Shown one piece after another: positions 61,125-64,000 of a DNA stretch of 64,000 bases; within the stretch, counting starts at the first letter, position 1; each line of letters begins with the position of its first letter. The notes beneath the pieces are model-generated. The model worked only from the letters and a program-made list of their open reading frames with translations, did no database searches and was not told the origin of the DNA. This DNA is from Stylophora pistillata (Eukaryota). The translations under genes and the position numbers were made by a program. The stretch spans positions 490,793 to 554,792 of the forward strand of contig NW_019217897.1 of assembly GCF_002571385.2 (NCBI RefSeq). Direction: 5' to 3'.

Positions 61125-64000
61125 CTCTTTAAATTCTATATGTGACTAACAACCCATGCTACCTGAGGATAAATTCTTTAAATTAAGCAGCTGTAGGGTT
61201 GTTTTTCATTCTGGAATATGAATGGTAAACTTGAACGCGTTTTTCGCGTTTCAATTTGTTTAGCCTTGTAAGCTCTACGGATAATGCCTAGCATGTCAAA
61301 ATGTTCAACGCTAACTTAATGATGCTTTAGGCTGGGCGTTTAAACTAAGGAAAATCGAGTTTTCCATGTTTTTCCGAGTTTTTGAATTTTCCATTTGGAG
61401 AAAGTGAATTATTGATGAAAGTCTTCGGTGGAATGAACACACCGATGGAAGGCACGGTTTATCATTAATCTTGCTAATTTTAGCCATTAATATTTGAAGT
61501 AGTGTTTCCTTCCGCACTTCAGCCAGAAGTCGAGGCGTTGGGCCCCTTTTGCTAGACTTTAAAAATCTTAGGATCCGCTGATGGAGTGTCGTGCGAACAT
61601 CAATTTTTTAATTTGTTCCTTTTGAATTCTATATCATTGTAACCATAAGAAATTCGCTATAGATTCATACAAAAAGAAATACGATATGAAGAGATTGTTC
61701 GCTTTTTTTTTCCTCAACCACAGTGCGCCACAAGATGTGCAACCTACCTATCGCTTGCCGGTATATTCATGTATATCTTAAATACTAAATACTAGGAATT
61801 CTTCTTGTGTATTATAGATTTCATTTCAACGACTTTTGAAAATGCAGAAGGCCTCGAACATTCAAAAATGTTAAAGCCGTTAACCGTGGCTAGTTACAAC
61901 AAGCAATTAATTGTATCAGGATGGGTGTACTTTTTATAGCTCGAAGTGTAATCGTCTTATTTTGTAAAGGTAACTGGTGGAATGTGTCTCCAAGATTTCC
62001 GCTTTCTATTTATGTTGGCTTTTCCATGTTGATTATAGGCTGAGCATGTTATCTATCACCAGGCGAACATGTTTTCTCAAACGATTTATTAGAAGTCAAT
62101 ATCCCTCTGTACATGTACCTTATGAACACTGGGGTCTCGTAATCAGCTTTTGCTTTTGTTGTCTCCACCAGAAATATTCTTGTCTATGTATACTCTCGAA
62201 TGCAGCAATTTATAAATATTTCAAACAAATAAAGCAAAAAAAAAAAGACAAAATCATAATAACAAGAGGAAGTGAGAAGAAGTGGAGTCAACGTTTTATC
62301 AAGTTAATAAAAGGAGTATTTCTATTAGAAATGAGTTAACAATGTATAGCTCTCCCATACCTAGTCACACTTCCCCTTTCAACTCACGCCCTGCTGTTTA
62401 GAGAATTATAAGAAGAGAAAGGTTTTAAACTATGAAAAGCTAGAAGCTCACGTTTAAAAGTATAAAATAAATTCACACTTGTAGTGTCCAGGTAGTCGTT
62501 CTAAGGGAGGAACATCATTAAATCTCAACCCAATGCTGGCTTCACTAAAAGAAGATGTTGAGAGTATTTGGGAGCGTCTGAAAAACTCCAAGCAGTCCTC
62601 TGGTGAATGGAGGAATTGTAAATCGAGGACAACGGGCTTCGCGATTTCATTTCGTCCTTGAGAGAGGGAAACAAGATATAAAGTAAGGGACACCTTTTCA
62701 TTTGCCTTGCAAATCTTTTCGAGAGCTGAAAGCAGTCAACCAAACTCCTGGTCATAGTCGATCAAAACGTCAAACATTTCTAACAGAGTAGAACAGATCC
62801 AGTTAATGACGAGGAGTCAAAAAATACCTTTCGCCAATACAAATTCTGATCATAACAAATGGCAACTCGTTAGCCATAAAAAGAAAAATAATGAAACACG
62901 AAAACAAAGGAACAATAAGGATGGGGCACAGTCGGATGTCAATGTCTTTTTGTCAAGTTTTTTGTGGAAGATTGTACTGTTGCCGGAAAAATTTCGTTTG
63001 GCGTAACCTATTACCAATTCTTACTCTTCTTTTGTTGCATTTTCATTTAGGCCTTTTGTTCTACGCAAATAACTTTCATCAGTATTCTGTTACTTTTTTC
63101 CTGTATATTTTTCTTTTGTTTATATCGCTAGTGCAAGTTCTTCACCGCATATTTTATTCGTTCGAATCTAACGTTCAACAGTTTACACTGTGTCGATCAC
63201 CGATTTTACATCTTAATTTTCGATTGGTCCCGGATCTCTTACAACGTTTGGAAGTGTCTTTCGCTGTCCTTTATTTTTGTTTCCTCTTTTGTAAAATTCT
63301 TTTCATAATTGCAGTAGCTTATAACTTTTAATCTGGTCATAGCAACCCCTTCGATTTGAATGACGTTTGGTTTTGCCGTTTTGGAGGTGAATTTGGACCG
63401 AAACTAGTATTTTTGGCTAGCTCATGTAAAGTCCTGTTAACTGGAGACTCCATGATAAAAAATATCCATGGTACCAAGCCAAAAAAACCCTTTGGCCATT
63501 GAGTGGTGGTCAATTTATTCTCTGGCGCCACTATAATAGATGTGAAGGATCTCCGGAGTATTCAGCGGACCGAGTTGTTCCTTACGTCGGCACTAACGAC
63601 CTTAGAGGTAAAGAACCGTTGGAAATTGCCAAAACGATCGGAGACCTCATCTGATGCCACTGAGGACTGAATTCAATGGAGCAGCGAAAAAAGTGAACAA
63701 GCATCTTAAACATCACAGAAAATGAACCAAACAAAGGTGGGCCGCATCTCGATTTTAAGGTAATAATTTTTTTTGATAACTTTAAAAAAAGTCTAGTTTT
63801 GAAATGTTACGTACTCTCCATGAATCCCGTACCTGCTCATTGCACTAAATCCAACACTGAATCCCGTAAACTGAATGAAAATGGTGTAAAGAGCCTACCT
63901 CACTAGTGCCACCTCAACGTGGTTTTGAATTAGTCTCTTTGAATATCAATAAACTAACATCTCAGAAGAGCTAAGAGTTTTTCTGGCACTAAACGAAATG

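Noticed and set aside
62454-63670. Minus-strand gene near the right edge
   Set aside because: The frames I translated contain frequent stops and no recognisable motif; unsupported.

Overview
Eukaryotic, intron-rich, AT-rich DNA. The repeat content (tRNA-derived SINEs, palindromic repeats carrying minimal hammerhead ribozymes) suggests an anthozoan/stony coral; this is inferred, not shown. Two host genes lie on the + strand. (1) FARSB, cytoplasmic phenylalanyl-tRNA synthetase beta subunit, 21 exons at 4012-14065, one intron of which looks like a U12-type intron with AT-AA termini. (2) A ~45 kb perlecan/HSPG2-like gene at 16189-61124: signal peptide, ConA/LamG-like domain, LDLa, 3 laminin-B domains with LE repeats, 12 Ig, 3 LG + EGF. 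The perlecan has three unusual features: a ~1,500-aa Ser/Thr-rich mucin inserted inside its first laminin-B domain, an in-frame TAA just upstream of that insertion, and a second signal-peptide exon inside a large intron that could start a short isoform. Mobile DNA includes a LINE 5' end with a 2A-like stop-go peptide, a foldback MITE, two Kolobok-like elements, a 5'-inverted SINE, a LINE 3' fragment, and a TSD-bounded insertion with inverted hammerhead-bearing Penelope-type repeats enclosing a SAP-SWIM-YqaJ gene (interrupted by an assembly gap). Exon boundaries were read by eye and may be off by a few bases.
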